Below, piece after piece: positions 49,401-64,000 of a stretch of DNA of 64,000 nt. Position numbers and translations under genes: made by a program. Each line of letters starts with the position of its first letter. Position 1 is the stretch's first letter. The stretch comes from Podarcis cretensis (Eukaryota). The DNA is taken from positions 41,044,001-41,108,000 of the forward strand of contig OX638158.1 in NCBI GenBank assembly GCA_951804945.1, given 5' to 3'. The notes beneath the pieces are model-generated. The model had not been told where the DNA came from. It did no database searches and was given only the letters and a program-made list of their open reading frames with translations.

Positions 49401-50482
49401 TTAGCAGGTGGTGATATTTTTCCTCTATGCTGTCAAGACCTGTCCCTGGTGATTAAAAAAGGCTAGAGTGGGAAATTTAGGCCACAAGCTTCCTGGTCAG
49501 ATAAGGAGCCCTGGTTAAAGAGCAGCAGAAACTCTGGAAAAAATTTTTTGTCCTGTGGTAGCTGCCTGGGATAATACTGCCATTTATGAAAGTAGAAAAT
49601 GTGCGATATTAGAATCACACACACCCTAGAGCCTGCCTGGCACAAGAGCAGGATATCTAGGGCTCTTTACTGATGTCTGTGTTAATACTGGCAGCAGTCC
49701 CAGGATATCTGCAGTATTAACGTAGGGAGGTCTTCTTGTACGGGCTTAAGGGCTTCCTGTGCTGGCATCAAGAAGACTTATAAATTACTCAGCACTTATT
49801 ATGCACTGTCAAGAAATTAGACTAGGACAAAGCATGCCTAACCATAGGCTGCCGTCTAAATTGTTACAGTTTGCAAATGAAGGGACTTGTTTGCATCAGA
49901 GCCTTTGTAACACTTTTCCTTTAGAAGCTGCTGGATACTAGCTTTCAGCCTTTTAAAAGAAACCCTAGCAACTAGCATTTTAGGAATCAGTAAGGAGGAG
50001 GGCAAGCGTTAAAGAAAGCATAATTTACAAGAAACTGCAACTGTAGCATTTTAAGCATTTATTTTTTTTCTAAGCCATTATTTGCATGTAACGATTTGCA
50101 TTGTCACACAAATATTGTCAAACTGCAGCAGGGCTGGTTGCTAACCACTACAAATGCAATGTTAATTTACATTTCACATAGCCTTTCAAATACTGAAAGC
50201 CCTGCTTATCTAAATCTTGTGGGATTAAGCAAGCTTTAATTTACACTGTTCTTTCTAGCCAAGATATATGAAACCGTAAGATGACTTTCAGACACTTTAT
50301 ATGCTTTTTTTAAAAAAAGCATGTACAGTGTGAAGGAGACTGGGAAATGCTATGTGCGACAATGATCTCTTTACGGGGGGGGGGGGTGACAGACAGATTT
50401 AAATGGGTGTAAGAATGGGCGTAAGAAAATGTGGCTAGGATTTCACTTTATCTGATGGGGAACTAAACTATACAAGCTAGTG

Positions 50483-50671
50483 CAGAGCTTTCCAAACTGA
50501 GTGTGTCGAATGAAGTGTAGGTGTGTCGCACGAGCGCTCCCCATGCTCCTCCAGGGGCTGGAAAGAGGTTAGTTTAACTCCCCTTTTGCTAGTAAAACTG
50601 AATTACTGTGTTGGCAAAATGATGCATGTCTAAAAAGTGTGTCACCAACATGAAAAGTCTGGAAAGGTCTG
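50483..50671. mobile_element. Non-autonomous hAT element
   Basis: TIR CAGAGCTTTCCAAACT / AGTCTGGAAAGGTCTG; 8-bp TSD AGCTAGTG. Confidence 0.85.
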
Positions 50672-51160
50672 AGCTAGTGTATAAAAACCAAGAATCAATA
50701 TAAAGACAAAGCATACATTCAGACTTCAGTAGTCATTTAGTGTGTTCTTGTGACCCAATGTCTGTGCCTATGTCTATATGTACGCTGCTCAACTCTTCAT
50801 TTGTGAAACATAATGGTATGAGAGGTGTTCACACATTATTATTCAACAAGTGTACAATCTGTGTACCTAGGTAACCAAGTATTTGAGGGGTACGCTCATA
50901 CAGTTATTTACATGTAACGATCAGTGAGCATACAGCTCCCAGTATATACACATTTGATGCCAGCAAAAAAGAAAATGGCCTCAATGACACAAATTTTGCT
51001 GTTGAAGCAATCCCCTTTTATGGCAACAAGGCAAGGAATGCTGGGTCTGTTATACTTCCTAAAACAGTTTCCTATTAAGGTTTACCTTTTCGTTTTTCCT
51101 GCAGTGTCTAAATTCTTTAAACTCAAACACAAACTTTTAAAATCTGAAGGCAGACCTATT

Positions 51161-51300
51161 TAGGGAAGTTTTTAGGAAAGTTTAGGGAAGTTTTTAATAT
51201 TTAATGCTGTATTGTTTTTAACACTTGATCAGAAGCCGCCCAGAGTGGCTGGGGAAACTCAGCCAGATGGGCAGGGTATAAATAGTAAATTATTACGGTA

Positions 51301-51354
<54 letters not shown>
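51161..51354 (+). mobile_element. L2-type 3' tail followed by an (ATT)n microsatellite
   Basis: AAGCCGCCCAGAGTGG...GATGGGCAGGGTATAAAT, then ATT repeats at 51308-51353. Confidence 0.65.
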
Positions 51355-52877
51355 TAAAATGAAAAAAACAACTTCTGTAACTATTATAACTATTCAAACA
51401 TTGTGAAGGGTGTTGGTGCAGTCTGGTTGGCAATTACCCATAGCAAGACCTTCTCAGTAGTGGCTCCAGATTTATGGAATGCTTTCCCATTTGAGGTGCA
51501 TCTGTCCCCCATGTATAATAATTTTTAAGCATTCATGTTCACCCAGGCATTTGGTGGCAGAAATATACTGGTCCTGGCAACAATATATCTATGAGGAACT
51601 GTTGTGGTTTTTACTTAACTAGATTTCAGCCCTTCCAACCAAAGGACTGGCAAACCAAAGCAGCAAACTAATGCAAACATTAGAAAAACAAGCATGAAAA
51701 GAGTTCAGCCTGGCCTGTTACCTGACATACTAGCATTCTATCTGTAGGATTTTCTCCCCTATGAAACAAAAAGGATGAAGTTTACACCACCCCAAAAAAT
51801 AGCTATTCCAGTCACTTTTGCTAAACATACATCCTGAATTCAAACTTTTTCTACCAATACACATGCCAAGCAATTTTGACAACAAGACTGCATATAAACA
51901 AACAAAAATATTCTACATACATCATTCACACCATTTTCCAAGAAAGCAAACTAGAGATATTCTCTTTTTTTCTGCAGACTGAAGTCAGCCGCTTCATCCT
52001 CAATGATTCTGTGAACTTTAAAAAAGATGAATAATGTATGACTGTGCCTTAAATCACAATCTGAGTCAGGTATATGTGCCTGAGTATATAAACATGTTGC
52101 CCAAGAAGTCCTTATCAACAGAAACATGTTATGCCAGCAGTGAGGTGATGCTACTACACTGGCACAGATTCAAGGTTACGTGTGAAGACTTCTGGAAGTC
52201 AGAAAGATCTTGAAGAATTTCATCATAAAGTCATAATGTTATGCACCTATTACACCACTGGTACCCTCCATAATGTAGGACTCCAACTCCCATCAGTCCC
52301 AGCCAGCATAGCCAATGGTTGGGATTATGGGAGTTGTATTAAAACAACATTTGGAAGTCCCTTGTATTACAGGGACGTTTTAATGACACAATGCTCACAT
52401 TGGTGTAACCAGGATTTATGTTGGGGGTGGCAGAACCTTAGTTATTTTTATTGATTTACTTGATTGCGGGGGTGGGACAGATGCCTCCTGCCCCCACCCC
52501 TGGCTACGTCCATGTCCATGGTTTGATATCCCTCAGACAGGTAGGAAGAGAAAGAGCAACAGCAACAAATGGACATGATGAAACATTCAGGTTTCATGCT
52601 CCGCGTTGCTTCTAAATATTCAAACTTCAGCATTTTATCTTGAAGATTCCTTAAATAGATTATGTCTTAGGTCAAAATTTATCACCTCACCCCGTATAAC
52701 CTTAAGAAGACCCTTCAAAGACAGAAAATAATCCTGAACTAATAAAGTACTCAAACCCCAAAGTAATATCACTGCAAGTTCAATGGAGCCAGAATTTATA
52801 AGGCCTTGAAGAAGCCATTATTTCCAGTTCTTATAGCTGTACAGGTACTGATTTTTCCATGTCCAAAACCATATACA

Positions 52878-53012
52878 GGCCTGCCGCCGCCGCGCAATTT
52901 CTGTTCTCAACCTGAAGCAAAGTTCTTAACCCGAGGTACTATTACTGGGTTAGCGGAATCTGTAACCTGAAGTGTATGTAACCTGAAGCATATGTAACCC
53001 AAGGTACCACTG
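52878..53012. mobile_element. Partial Tigger/pogo-like MITE (one end)
   Basis: Homologous to 35657-35802; ends GGTACCACTG|TA. Confidence 0.75.
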
Positions 53013-54770
53013 TACCGCAGCAGACACAATTATACACACATGGCATACTTCTTAGTGAACAAAAGTTCTAACGCTGCACCTCTTCATAGAGATGATTAAA
53101 AGATAAATTTGTGAGACACTCACAAAGTTACCTTTGAAATAAGCAAAATTTAAAATCACTCAAGATTAATTTAACCCCATTTAAGATCAAAACCTATTTC
53201 ATACTTTCAAAGTGGCAGGGGGGGGGGAGAGGACTTAGCGAATCAGTGGAGATGGGCAGAATATTGCACAAGACTTGCATGCACTTGGTTCTGTATAGAT
53301 TTTGTCTTGAGAGCGGGGAGGAAAGTCATTTTATTGTTAAAGGATAATTTTTGGAATTAAAATATTTCTCCTACAAGTCCCTTTTGCTATTACACAAGTA
53401 TGTTTCAGTCAATGCCGTGTATAAAGGAGACATTCTCACCAAGCAGCTATCAGTTCAATCATTTCGAAGTGGTGCCTGCCAATAAATGTCTTCAAAAGGT
53501 CGGCAAACCTGCACCATCAACATGTGAAAGAGAATGCAAATGGCATGTACAATTTTAGAAAAGATGAGTGTACCTGTGCAATGCTACTGAAGCAGCAGAG
53601 ATCTTTTCCACTCCTCAAAATAACCTCCTCAGATCTCCTTCAGCAAATATTTTCTACATGGCCCAAGCTGCATTTCTCTGTCTTTATCTCTGATTCACTT
53701 TCACTCTGACACACAACAACATCTTTAACTTCAGTTCTGCCTTTTCTTAGCTTCTAAGTGCTCCCTGAGCAAGGAAGAACTTTACTTAAATATTACGTGC
53801 AACATCTATTCCGCTACTGCTAGACTAGGTTTGAAATTGTAATACAATAATAGTAATGGCTACAAATGCTTTCTCTCCCTTTAACAAAACATATTTTCCA
53901 ATGAGCTAATCCTAGTATTTATCAGGCTATATAGCTCACTGTGGGGTTGAAAAGAAACTCAATTATCTCACATCTCTCCACCACAGGGTAAGCCTTTGAC
54001 AAAACCACTGCTAAGGAAGTACCCTGCAAAGGCACACGACATTTCTATGTACTTAATCTCATTAAAAGCCTTACTTCTTTGCACTTTTTATGCCTCAAAA
54101 TATCATTTAGAAGCCACAACTGATGTCGTGATACAAAATTATGAGCATACCTACATTGAGAGTCATTGTCAAAGTAAGGTCTTTATCAGGAGTTGGGAAC
54201 AGGTTTAATCCAGTGGGCTGAATCCTGAGCTGCACCACCCACCCCAGGGCCATTCTGACAGGTTAGTATGGTGATTCAACTGTCAATCACCTGATGCCAC
54301 TAAGAGGTCAGGTAACCCAACTTCAAAGTAAAGATTGGGGAGTGCACTTGCAATATTTTCATTTCTTCCTTTTCAGCTGCACTTGAACTCAATCTGGGCT
54401 GCAAAGGAAGATGAAAGCAGGAATCGGCCGCACTAGAAAAGCCTTAAGAATTATTATTATTAATTATAGATATCATAGTCAAGAAGGAGAATGAAAAGAC
54501 TGCCATACTGATTGGCTGGGTTTTGGGCAGTGCCTATATCAAGCTTTCCACATTTGGTGGGGAGGGGACTTTCAGAATAAGAAGTACAATATGTCCATCA
54601 ACTGTAGTTGGCATGACAATACTACATAACTTCAAGTTACAAAGCTATTTTAAAAAGCAACTGAAGTCCTAGTGGTGCAGTAATAAAACTGTTAACACAT
54701 TTGCAAAGCTAAGCAGGGTCTGGTCCAGTTTCAAATTGTTATGTTGAGATACAACGCAGGAGCACTGAAG

Positions 54771-54822
54771 GGTCTTGGACTAGATGACCCTCAGGGTCCC
54801 TTCCAACTCTACAATTCTATCA
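54771..54822 (+). mobile_element. CR1 3'-end fragment
   Basis: TTGGACTAGATGACCCTCAGGGTCCCTTCCAACTCTACAATTCTAT. Confidence 0.7.
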
Positions 54823-57800
54823 ATTATCAATTATTATAAATTTGTGAATTGCCCTTAATCTGAAGATCCCAGGGCAGTTCAAAACAGAAAAATAGAAAAG
54901 GAGAATACAAACCAATGACCCCCACAACATATTTAAAAATCCATAGAGCATTAATCAGCTGGTTGAAAAGAAACAGGGTTGAAGGACAGGATAATAGGAA
55001 AATAAACAAAAAGAACACAGATTGCAGTATGTAATTCGATGCACAGAGTTAACCAGGCGAGGAAAGCAGTTCAGCCCTTGCCACAGTGACAATTCTGAAT
55101 ACAATGTAATAACGTAGGAACATTATATTACAATAAAGCAAAACTCCACCCTCAATGCTGGGAGACTGGTCCTCAAATCACAGGAGTCCTCCAGGAGAGG
55201 TTTGAAGAAGAGCTTGTGAATTACACTCCTGTCTAGGGCCCTTAAATATCACTACAAGAATAGGGGGGGTGTATACATACATAATGTAGCCATGCAGAAC
55301 TTCAATGAAGGAGTATCAGATTACAGTAGTTGGAAAAGTAAACACCTGCTTCAGCTAAACATTGCAGAGACAGGAAAATCTTGGACAGCAACATTTAAAA
55401 TTTTAGTCCTCATCTACATGCTGGACCAGTGGATTTAACTTTTTAAAATGCAAAACAGTATAAATAATTATATCCATCCACACAGGAAGGGGGGAAATGT
55501 GTGTCCTGTCAGTTGATTTAACACACAACCAGCTTTATTAGCAGACTTTTTTTTTAACCCAATCTCATTTTTCTTAAACCTAAAGTTTCCACTGTTAAAA
55601 AGAACACAACAGAACAATGTCCCAATCCCACATTCAGATCTTCAGAAATCTTTAAAACCACTGAAACCCGTTAACGTCAAAGGAGCTTGGATAAGAATGC
55701 AAAATGAGGCAAGCATTTCAGGCAAAGCAGATAGTAAGAGAATTGCAATTATATGGTGGGAAAGGCCATGAAAGCCTAGCGTGAATCTACTGAAAGGCAA
55801 GTGCACTTGCACTTTGAACAAAACAACTTCTGTGTCCTATTTTTACTAATGCATTTCTTTCCAACGAAAGCAAAAAGCATCAGTAATAATGTCACAGTCA
55901 AGCATTCCAAAGTTACAAATCCTAAACAACTGACCAATGCCATAATTACACTGGACAGTGAAATTCTCTTCCACAGACAGAGGAAAGGAAGTGCAAGGTT
56001 ACAAAACAAGTTCCTGAACTTTGTGCTAAAATCTTCTTCAGAGAACCAAAATTCCACATACTCCTTTCTCCACTCCTCTTCACTACTGTCAAGGGACGAC
56101 TGTCCCAAGTGTTTGTTGCCTAGTTGTGGGTCAAATACGCCAAACAGCAGCAGCAAGGCAGGTAGTCTTTATTCTTGATCAAGAATGGTGTCTTACCAAC
56201 CTCACGGTTCAGGCAAGAGCCCAGAGCACCCAACATTCACATTTTTTCATTCATTTACTTAACATACCAGCTGTTACAGTGGTTACATGTTTATTCATGC
56301 TCCCCCAATCATATCTACCCAGCAAGAGCAGTTTTAACTTTTTGCCATAGTTTCAAGCTTCTCCCATTTCCATTGTCTCCAAACTACTGGTGTTCCAGAC
56401 GGTTATCACATCCCACTGACTTCACCCCTCTGAAAGTAACTTCCATGGAAATCAAGAACAAAAATGAGTCTTGCAGCTGCTTGATGTCTTAACATTTTTA
56501 CTGTTGTATAGACTATATAAATAAATATTTGGGTTTTGCTATAAGGCTACCCCTCTGAAATTTAATTCACTAGTCCTATCACAAGCCAACTCAGCTTCAC
56601 TAGATTAACTCCCTTACACGGTGGGCAGTGTTTGAAACTCCCACTATTCTAGGTGCATTTTGCAATGGGGAATTTCATTAGCAAGAGCAGTTTCTGAGCT
56701 CTGGGAGCAGTACTGCGCCTAAGATTTCAGATTAAAACTGCAGAGTGGCTCTACTCCCTGTCACATGTGGCCTCCAACTGATTTTCCCCATAGGTGAATA
56801 GCCTTTCACAAGAAAAAACGGTTTAGGCAACATTTGGAAAGGTTGGAAATCTCCTCAGAGGTCAGCCATCATATTTCAGTGGTTGTTAGTGGACTGAGAG
56901 CCAGTGCTCACATGCCCTCAACTGAAATATTTAGTATCCCAGGAAGCTGCTACAAAACTGAACCTTCCCCCCCCCCAAGATGTCTGGTGTCCTTTAAAGG
57001 GTGAGGGACCCTTAAGTGGCAAAGAGGTACACAAACCTCCTCTCTCATGCATGCCTTAAGAACACCAAGAGCTTGATGTACAGAAATAAGGAGGAGACCA
57101 AACAGAGAGAAAAACATCACTACCTGCTAATATATTTACCCACTGATCAACAAGCTGTCAGAAGAACCAGCTCAATTTTCTCCTTAAAAAAAAGGGGGGA
57201 ATACATGTATAAGCAAGGATGGAGAAACTATAGCCGTCCAGGTATTCCTCACCATTGGCTAGCTCCCAACATTCGTGGCCATTGGCCATGCAGGATTTCA
57301 GCTGGTAGAAGGTGAAGTCCAACAACATCTAGAGAACCACAAGTTCCCCACTCCTAGCATAGAGGATCTCCTGTTACTAGAGACATAAAATGTCATAGTT
57401 AATATAACATTAGCCTCCTTAGTTACAGAAGATATTAACATTCAGGTAGTGTTCACACATCACACACCATATGTAATTATTTGCTGTGAAAGAACAGCCT
57501 CCTACTTTGCTCCAACCCTAGCACGAGCAACAAACCTTGCTCCATTATTCAGCATTCTTTCTGAACCAGAAACTGTGGTATGTTCAGGGGAAAGAAGCAA
57601 ATCATGATTCCCAAGTCAAATGTAATGCTGCCAGGGATCATGGTTTGTTGCTCCTTATCACTGTAGGAAAGGAGCAAAACATGAGTGATGTCCACATTCA
57701 CTGTAAACCATTAAATATAAAATACTTTATATAAGTATGTCTCTAGCAGGCAGCAAATATGGAAATCAAGGTCATTGGTAAAACAAAGGCAAGTGATGTG

Positions 57801-60709
57801 CTGCTCAAAAGTACCATTCAAGTCCTTGCTTTGAAAATTCAGCCCTGAATAGAAGAAAACAGGCCTTGGTCAGCTAAACCAATTTCAATATATAACATTT
57901 TTAAAAAAGAAGACAACAGGAGGTGCTAATCTCCAAGGGACTAACTGCTATTTAAAATTGGCAACCCATTTCTAAAATGCTAGCATCAAGTGCGCCAGAT
58001 ACTTTAATAAAGCAACCATGTTAATTTTTGCAATGGCAATTTACATATGCTTCTATAAGCATGTAATTATCTCCACTCAAATTGAAAAAGATGGTCCAGG
58101 CAGAGAATTCAGTATTATCTAGATACTTAAAGCAGAACAGAAGTCATAAGCATAGGTCGTCCTAACCACAACCACAAAGATCTATGCTAGGTTTTAAGCA
58201 TCACTGGCCACTCATAAGCCTGAAATACATTCTAGCTAACCAGAGTCAAAGTTCAACATCTCCTTTGTCTAACAACAGCTCCATGAATAGAGAAGGAATC
58301 TTGCAGGCCAGCCCAGTTGTCTGTTAGAAATGTTTTGTACTCCCATGTGGAAAATCCTGGTTCAATTACCTGTCAGTCCTTGCTTCAAGGACCAGCTGGT
58401 TTGGGAGACTTTCTGATGCAGCCTTCGTGGCTCTTGGGAAGGAGGAGGGTTACAAGTAATTCAGCAATTACTTTACAAAAGTCTTAGGGGAGTTCTACCA
58501 AGAGAATTCAACATCTGATTCACTCTTGTCTGACAGAAGGAAAGGCAAAAATATTGACCTTCAGAGTTTACGGTAAGTAGTGTGTCCTGTGATTCATTAA
58601 CATTATGGCTGGTCTTTAAACAAACATTCTAAGACATAATGCTGATTTGCAAGGCATCCTGCTGCATGAAAACATGTCATTATTATGATGAACATTTGAC
58701 AAGACAAAAAATATTGTCATACGGCACTCTGCCAAAATGAATAGCTTACCTGATGTAAAGTAACACATTTATGGTAAGAAAAGACTGCTTGTCTTGAAAA
58801 GGGAATCAGAAACGTTATACTGCATTAACTCGGAATCCCATCTTCAAAATCCATTTTCTCTATTTTTTTCAGAGTTCCTCAGCAACAAAAAAAGCACTAC
58901 AAGTATCACCTTCCAAGGAAGAATACATTAAAAACTATGTGAGCACAATATCTAGCAAAGTATATAAAATAACAATTCTATTTAAATTCCCCTTCCACTC
59001 TTTAGACCACCATCAAAGCAACGTTATCTGTAAAATATCACTTGGGTACAAAAGTTACCATGTTGAACCAAACTTTGAGCAATGTGCTGAAAGGCAAGAG
59101 CCTTGCATGGCTTTCTGTCAACATGACAACCTGCCTACACAATCTGTTCAGCCCTTTTGAAAAGAGATACGAAGAATTCACATGGTCAGTCATGCGAAAG
59201 AGGAGACACAAAGAGTTCAAAGGTTGCTAAACCTTAATGGTCAACAAGACCACCATAAACAGTCAAGGAGTGTTGCAAACTAGCTTGTGGATCCAGAAGG
59301 TTAGTGACTAAGAATTATGCACATCCAGTAAATATTTAAATTCAAAGTTGTGTATTTCATGGTTTTTCAAGTAAATAGTATTTTTATAGTTAAAAATACA
59401 GAAGTTCGTGACTAACCATAACAAAGCCACTTGTTTCAGTTACAAACCCTTGCTCAGAGAGACCTGCTACTTCAGCCACCAGTAACTCTTAGACAGCACA
59501 TTGGAACATTTAAAAGAAGAAAAGCTAGGTAACAAGGAAATGAAGAAGTAATGAAGCACACAACTCCAATCCCTGTGTGAAGAGGCTATTTCCAGCAACC
59601 ATTCTTCTTGGAAAATTCATGCACTCAAATAAAGGTTAATACACTAGCAACTCTATCAATACGAGAGCATAAATCGTATAAATACAAATCCTTTGGTGTA
59701 TTGCTTCAACCAGCTTATCAAGCGATAAAGTCTACAAGATATTCAAGTCTGCAATTCTAACGCATTTACTAAGACCTAAGCCCCACTGGAGACAGGTCTC
59801 TAATAATGCCTCACATCACAGCTATTTAAAATACATGCGGTAAAGATAGAGCTGTAGCACATGTGCACCTCAATACTGAATACAACTGCCGCAGTTCAGA
59901 GCCCTCTCCTCCTTGCTGGGCAACACTTTGCTTTTTAAACTGTGAAGAGCTTAAAGAGCTGTTTGGGGGCTTACCGTGACAATATTGTTAGCAAAGCCAG
60001 CTGCACATATTTGTCCGCCTCTGCAATCAGCATTGCTTATTATGACCAGCTGAGCATGGTCTGGGTACAATAGCAGCTCACACTTTGAGAAGGGTGCAGC
60101 TAGCACACTAGGCTCACCTGAACTACAGTTTGACTTAAGACAAACTTCACTTGAATGTGCATTTCACATACAACTCATCAGCAGATATCTGAGCAAAGCA
60201 CAAACTGAATCCTGGGTAGCACTCGGTTTTCATGTCAGCCACTTGGATTAAATAGGATTTTAATCATACCACTGCATTTTCCAGCATGTTTATACAAGTA
60301 GACAAGAACAAACCTCACATTATTAGCTCTTAGAACTCAACAGTTACAGCTGTAGGGTATGAGTGGAACCGTTATGCTTTTTTGTTCCTTTATCATCCTC
60401 CAATACATAAATTGGAACAAGAGAATTGGCACCTCCCTTTAAACAAGGTCTTCTGCAAATATCGCCTAAGGCAGGTGTCCCACTCTATATACCCACCTGG
60501 TTTCTATAGCTTATTGTAATACTTCATTTCATGGCAAACTCTTACACTACTTCTTGTACTTTTCTTCCCAATGTCAATTTATCTCTAATTTTATTGGATG
60601 TATGCCTCCATGCATCCCATTGGGGTCATGCTCAAAAATTTGGCGATGTCTGAGCTCTGATCAGAGGCAAGATACAAAACAGTTTTTGCATAGGAATACT
60701 TACTTGCTA

Positions 60710-61049
60710 GGGACGCGGGTGGCGCTGTGGATTAAACCACAGAGCCTAGGACTTGTCAATCAGAAGGTCGGTGGTTCGAATCCCCACGACGGGGTGAGCT
60801 CCCGTTGCTCAGTCCCTGCTCCTGCCAACCTAGCAGTTTGAAAGCACACCTCAAAGTGCAAGTAGAAAAATAGGTACAGCTCCAGCGGGAAGGTAAACGG
60901 CATTTCCAGTTCTCCAGAAGCGGCTTAGTCATACTGGCCACATGACCCAGAAGCTGTACGCTGGCTCCCTCAACCAGTAAAGCGAGATGAGTGCCGCAAC
61001 CCCAGAGTCAGCCACGACTGGACCTAATGGTCAAGGGTCCCTTTACCTT
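60710..61049 (+). mobile_element. Sauria SINE (full length)
   Basis: GGGACGCGGGTGGCGCTGTGG head, GGTTCGAATCC B box, CCTTTACCTTT tail, 12-bp TSD TACTTACTTGCT (60697-60708, 61050-61061). Confidence 0.92.
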
Positions 61050-61666
61050 TACTTACTTGCTGGTAAAAGTGCCACCCTTCCTATAAGGAACCCAGCACTC
61101 AATTGTCCTTTAAGATGAAAGGTCAAATGTAATAACATGGGGCAGGATTTACCAGCAAGCCCAAAAGAAGAAGGCCTGCACATGAACTTCTGCTTGCACA
61201 ATGTGGTTTTAAACCCCTCCTCCCACTTCATGCTCTTTGAAATTAGCTTGGGGTGTGTGTCAGAAGACACCCCCCTTCAGAACACCACATGGGGGGCGGA
61301 GATGGGGACTCATTCCTCCTGTCAAGCCGCAATGCTTGCACAGGTGGAATGTTCATGATAGTGCAAAATTTAATTCAACCCAGGGAAATCCTGTAATGAA
61401 GACACAGTATCCACACCATTACATACATCTACAGAAATGATACAGTGAGTTGTATTAAACCAAATTCTACTCAGAGTAGATCCACAGGAATTAATGACTC
61501 TAATTTGTCCATTAATTTCAATGCGTCTACTCAGGGTAGAACTAAAAGTAAATGCCACCCATTAAGTTTTTAAAAACCATAAGAATTAAGAGATAGATGG
61601 CTATCTATTGTTCTCTGGTTCTTACACTCTTTCTTCCATTGTATGTATTGGATCAGTTGTCAGATA

Positions 61667-61908
61667 CAGTGGTACCTTGGTTCTCAAACTTAATCCATTC
61701 CAGGAGTCCGTCCAACTCCCGAAACCATTCGAAAACCAAGGCGCGGCTTCCAATTGGCTGCAGGAGCTTCCTGCACTCAAGCGAAAGCCGTGCCAAACAT
61801 TCGGCTTCTGAGAAACATATGCAAACCGGAACACTTACTTCCGGGTTTATAGCTTTGGGGAGCCAATTTGTTCGGGAGCCAAGCCGTTCAAGTACCAAGA
61901 TACCACTG
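61667..61908. mobile_element. Tigger/pogo-like MITE
   Basis: TA|CAGTGGTACCTTGG ... CCAAGATACCACTG|TA. Confidence 0.85.
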
Positions 61909-61965
61909 TAATGTCTTTTTGTGGCACGACAAAGAGAGGAACTGAGCAATAGCATACTAAGCTTA

Positions 61966-62310
61966 AAAAGGTAAAGGACCCCTGACAGTTAAATCCAGTT
62001 GTGAACAACTCTGGGGCTGCAGAGCTCATCTTGCTTTACTGGCCAAGGGAGCCGACGTTTGTCTGCAGACAGTTTTTCCGTGTCATATGGCCAGCATGAC
62101 TAAGCCACTTCTGGCGAAATGCCATTTACCTTCCCACTGGAGTGGTACCTATTTATCTACTTGCACTTTGACGTGCTTTCAAACTGCTAGGTTGGCAGGA
62201 GCTGGGACCGAGCAACAGGAGCTCACCTTGTTGTGGGGATTTGAACTGGCGACCTTCCGATCGGCAAGCCCTAGGCTCAGTGGTTTAGACCACAGCGCCA
62301 CCCACACCCC
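61966..62310 (-). mobile_element. Sauria SINE (full length)
   Basis: Homologous to the other two copies; flanked by TACTAAGCTTA TSD-like repeats. Confidence 0.9.
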
Positions 62311-64000
62311 TGTTACTAAGCTTGTACTAAGCTTACAAAATTTTAATCGGGATAATCACGGCATATAATGTACCATTTAAATTTTTTAGTAAGAATTGTT
62401 TCTTAAATCTCTAGAACCAAGCTCAGGTGATAGATTAACACATTTCTTTACACTTTTTTAAAAATTATGAGGTTCTATGCAAACTGTATCATTAAACTGA
62501 TCTAATAAAAATGTGCTTCATAATTACTTGATAGCCTTTAAGAAAGTTATGGTGTGACGTGTAGCCAAACTTTGTGAAAACAGCAATATTTACCTTTTCA
62601 TGCAAGTCATCTTGAAGTTGCTTTAATTAGCACTACAAAAATGACGTTTAACTGGTCTCTTCTAACCGATGAATTAGTTGACTAAATGTAAATGTATCTA
62701 CATCTCACCGAAACCCCAGTGTGTCTTCTAATGAAACAGGATAAAATGAAATAATTTATACCCAAGTAAAAAAAAATACTGTTAAAAGAAATATTTTTCT
62801 TTCTTCAAACTCCACTACAGATTAAAATTTGGTCCCAACTGAATACTAACTTAACTGGCCAATTTATAAAGCCAATAAATCACTTGAGCAACTTAAAAAT
62901 AGCATCTGATACATATTTGCCTGCAGTGAAGTGCTTTCACACATTTCAAAAGACAGCAAAATAGAAAAACAATGCCTCATACTTTTCTCTCTCTTTCTTT
63001 TCCTAACTTGTTAAAAAGAAAATACAAGCATTTCTTTAAAAGTGAGGTGCATGCATGAGATACCTTTGAAACATTACAGAAGTAGTGAAAAAATGACACA
63101 CCATCTCTGGGAACTTGTGAAAGCACTCAGAAATGTGGTAAGTGAAGTTGCAGAATGAAAAATCAATGCCCATGATTGCAGAAACTAAGTTTCAAAGACA
63201 TAAGTTTTGTAAGAAAAGTTTATCATGCAAGGTTAAAGGGTAATATAATGCTTTCCTTAGAGTGTGCAGCTTGTTGAGCATTTGAGTGTATACTGGAATG
63301 CAGTACTTCAGTGGATCTGCATGGGTGTTTTTAGATTATCGCTGCAATTATTTATGATTGCCAGTATCCTAAGACACCAAATCTTACACAGCAACAATCA
63401 CTTTTATACAAATCACCCATATATCTCAACTTAAATAATGACCTGCCAACTATTTCAAATTTTTAAAAGTTTTCAAAGTATGGTAGTTCAACTGATGCAG
63501 TAGGCATCTTTAACAACCATGATGAACACACAATTCTAAGAGAATGTACACTAAATTTTCCCTTGCCATTTTGCTTCCAAGTGGGAACAAACTCACCTCT
63601 TGCCAGACCTCACTTTCCCTTTCTCCCATATATCAAGCCTTTGAAAATACTGCCACATTCCCCCCCCCTCTGTATTTAACATGTCCCATTATCTTTGGTC
63701 ACTCCTTTAATCTTTGCAGATGACTCAGAATATGTGGAATTTTAGAACTACAGAAGGCGGCATGGGGAGGGGGGCACTGGCTACGCAATGATTACTAAAC
63801 CCCATATGCATTTCTCAGGAACAGAGAGGTGCTTTTCTCTGTATCATATCTTTGAATTGGCAGTCCTTAGTTTCATGTTTCAGCAACTGGACCGGTCATA
63901 TGGATACAAGCAAGTATTTATTTTCCCCTCTTGCCATGCCTTCATCCATTCTTCCCACATACATTGTGTATGTCAGATCTTTTCAAACTCCTCTTTAAAC

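Noticed and set aside
55776-56178. Overlapping ORFs of about 125 aa on both strands
   Set aside because: No recognisable homology and no convincing splice boundaries.

Overview
Vertebrate genomic DNA, almost certainly a squamate and probably a lacertid-type lizard. This is inferred from Sauria SINEs, BovB/RTE, L2/CR1 relics, and hAT and Tc1/mariner-pogo MITEs. Most of the window is AT-rich intron-like or intergenic sequence with no confidently recognisable host exon; one candidate + strand terminal exon/3'UTR lies at about 11.4-12.3 kb. The dominant feature is a very young, full-length Ty3/Gypsy chromovirus of the sushi/Tf1/PEG10-related group at 25976-31486. It has 410-bp LTRs that look identical, a GGTGG TSD, and sits inside a Tc2-type MITE. 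It shows an 11-nt tRNA-independent self-priming PBS and a PEG10-like -1 frameshift pseudoknot with a non-canonical slip site. Its most notable property is a Pol/integrase tail after a cage-degenerate chromodomain. The tail carries two tandem acidic FxGF motifs resembling host TND-interacting (LEDGF/p75-IBD-binding) motifs, then reads through the PPT and 101 codons into the 3' LTR. Also present are a Penelope-like foldback insertion with a minimal hammerhead ribozyme, a perfect 40-bp-arm hairpin and several nested TE insertions.
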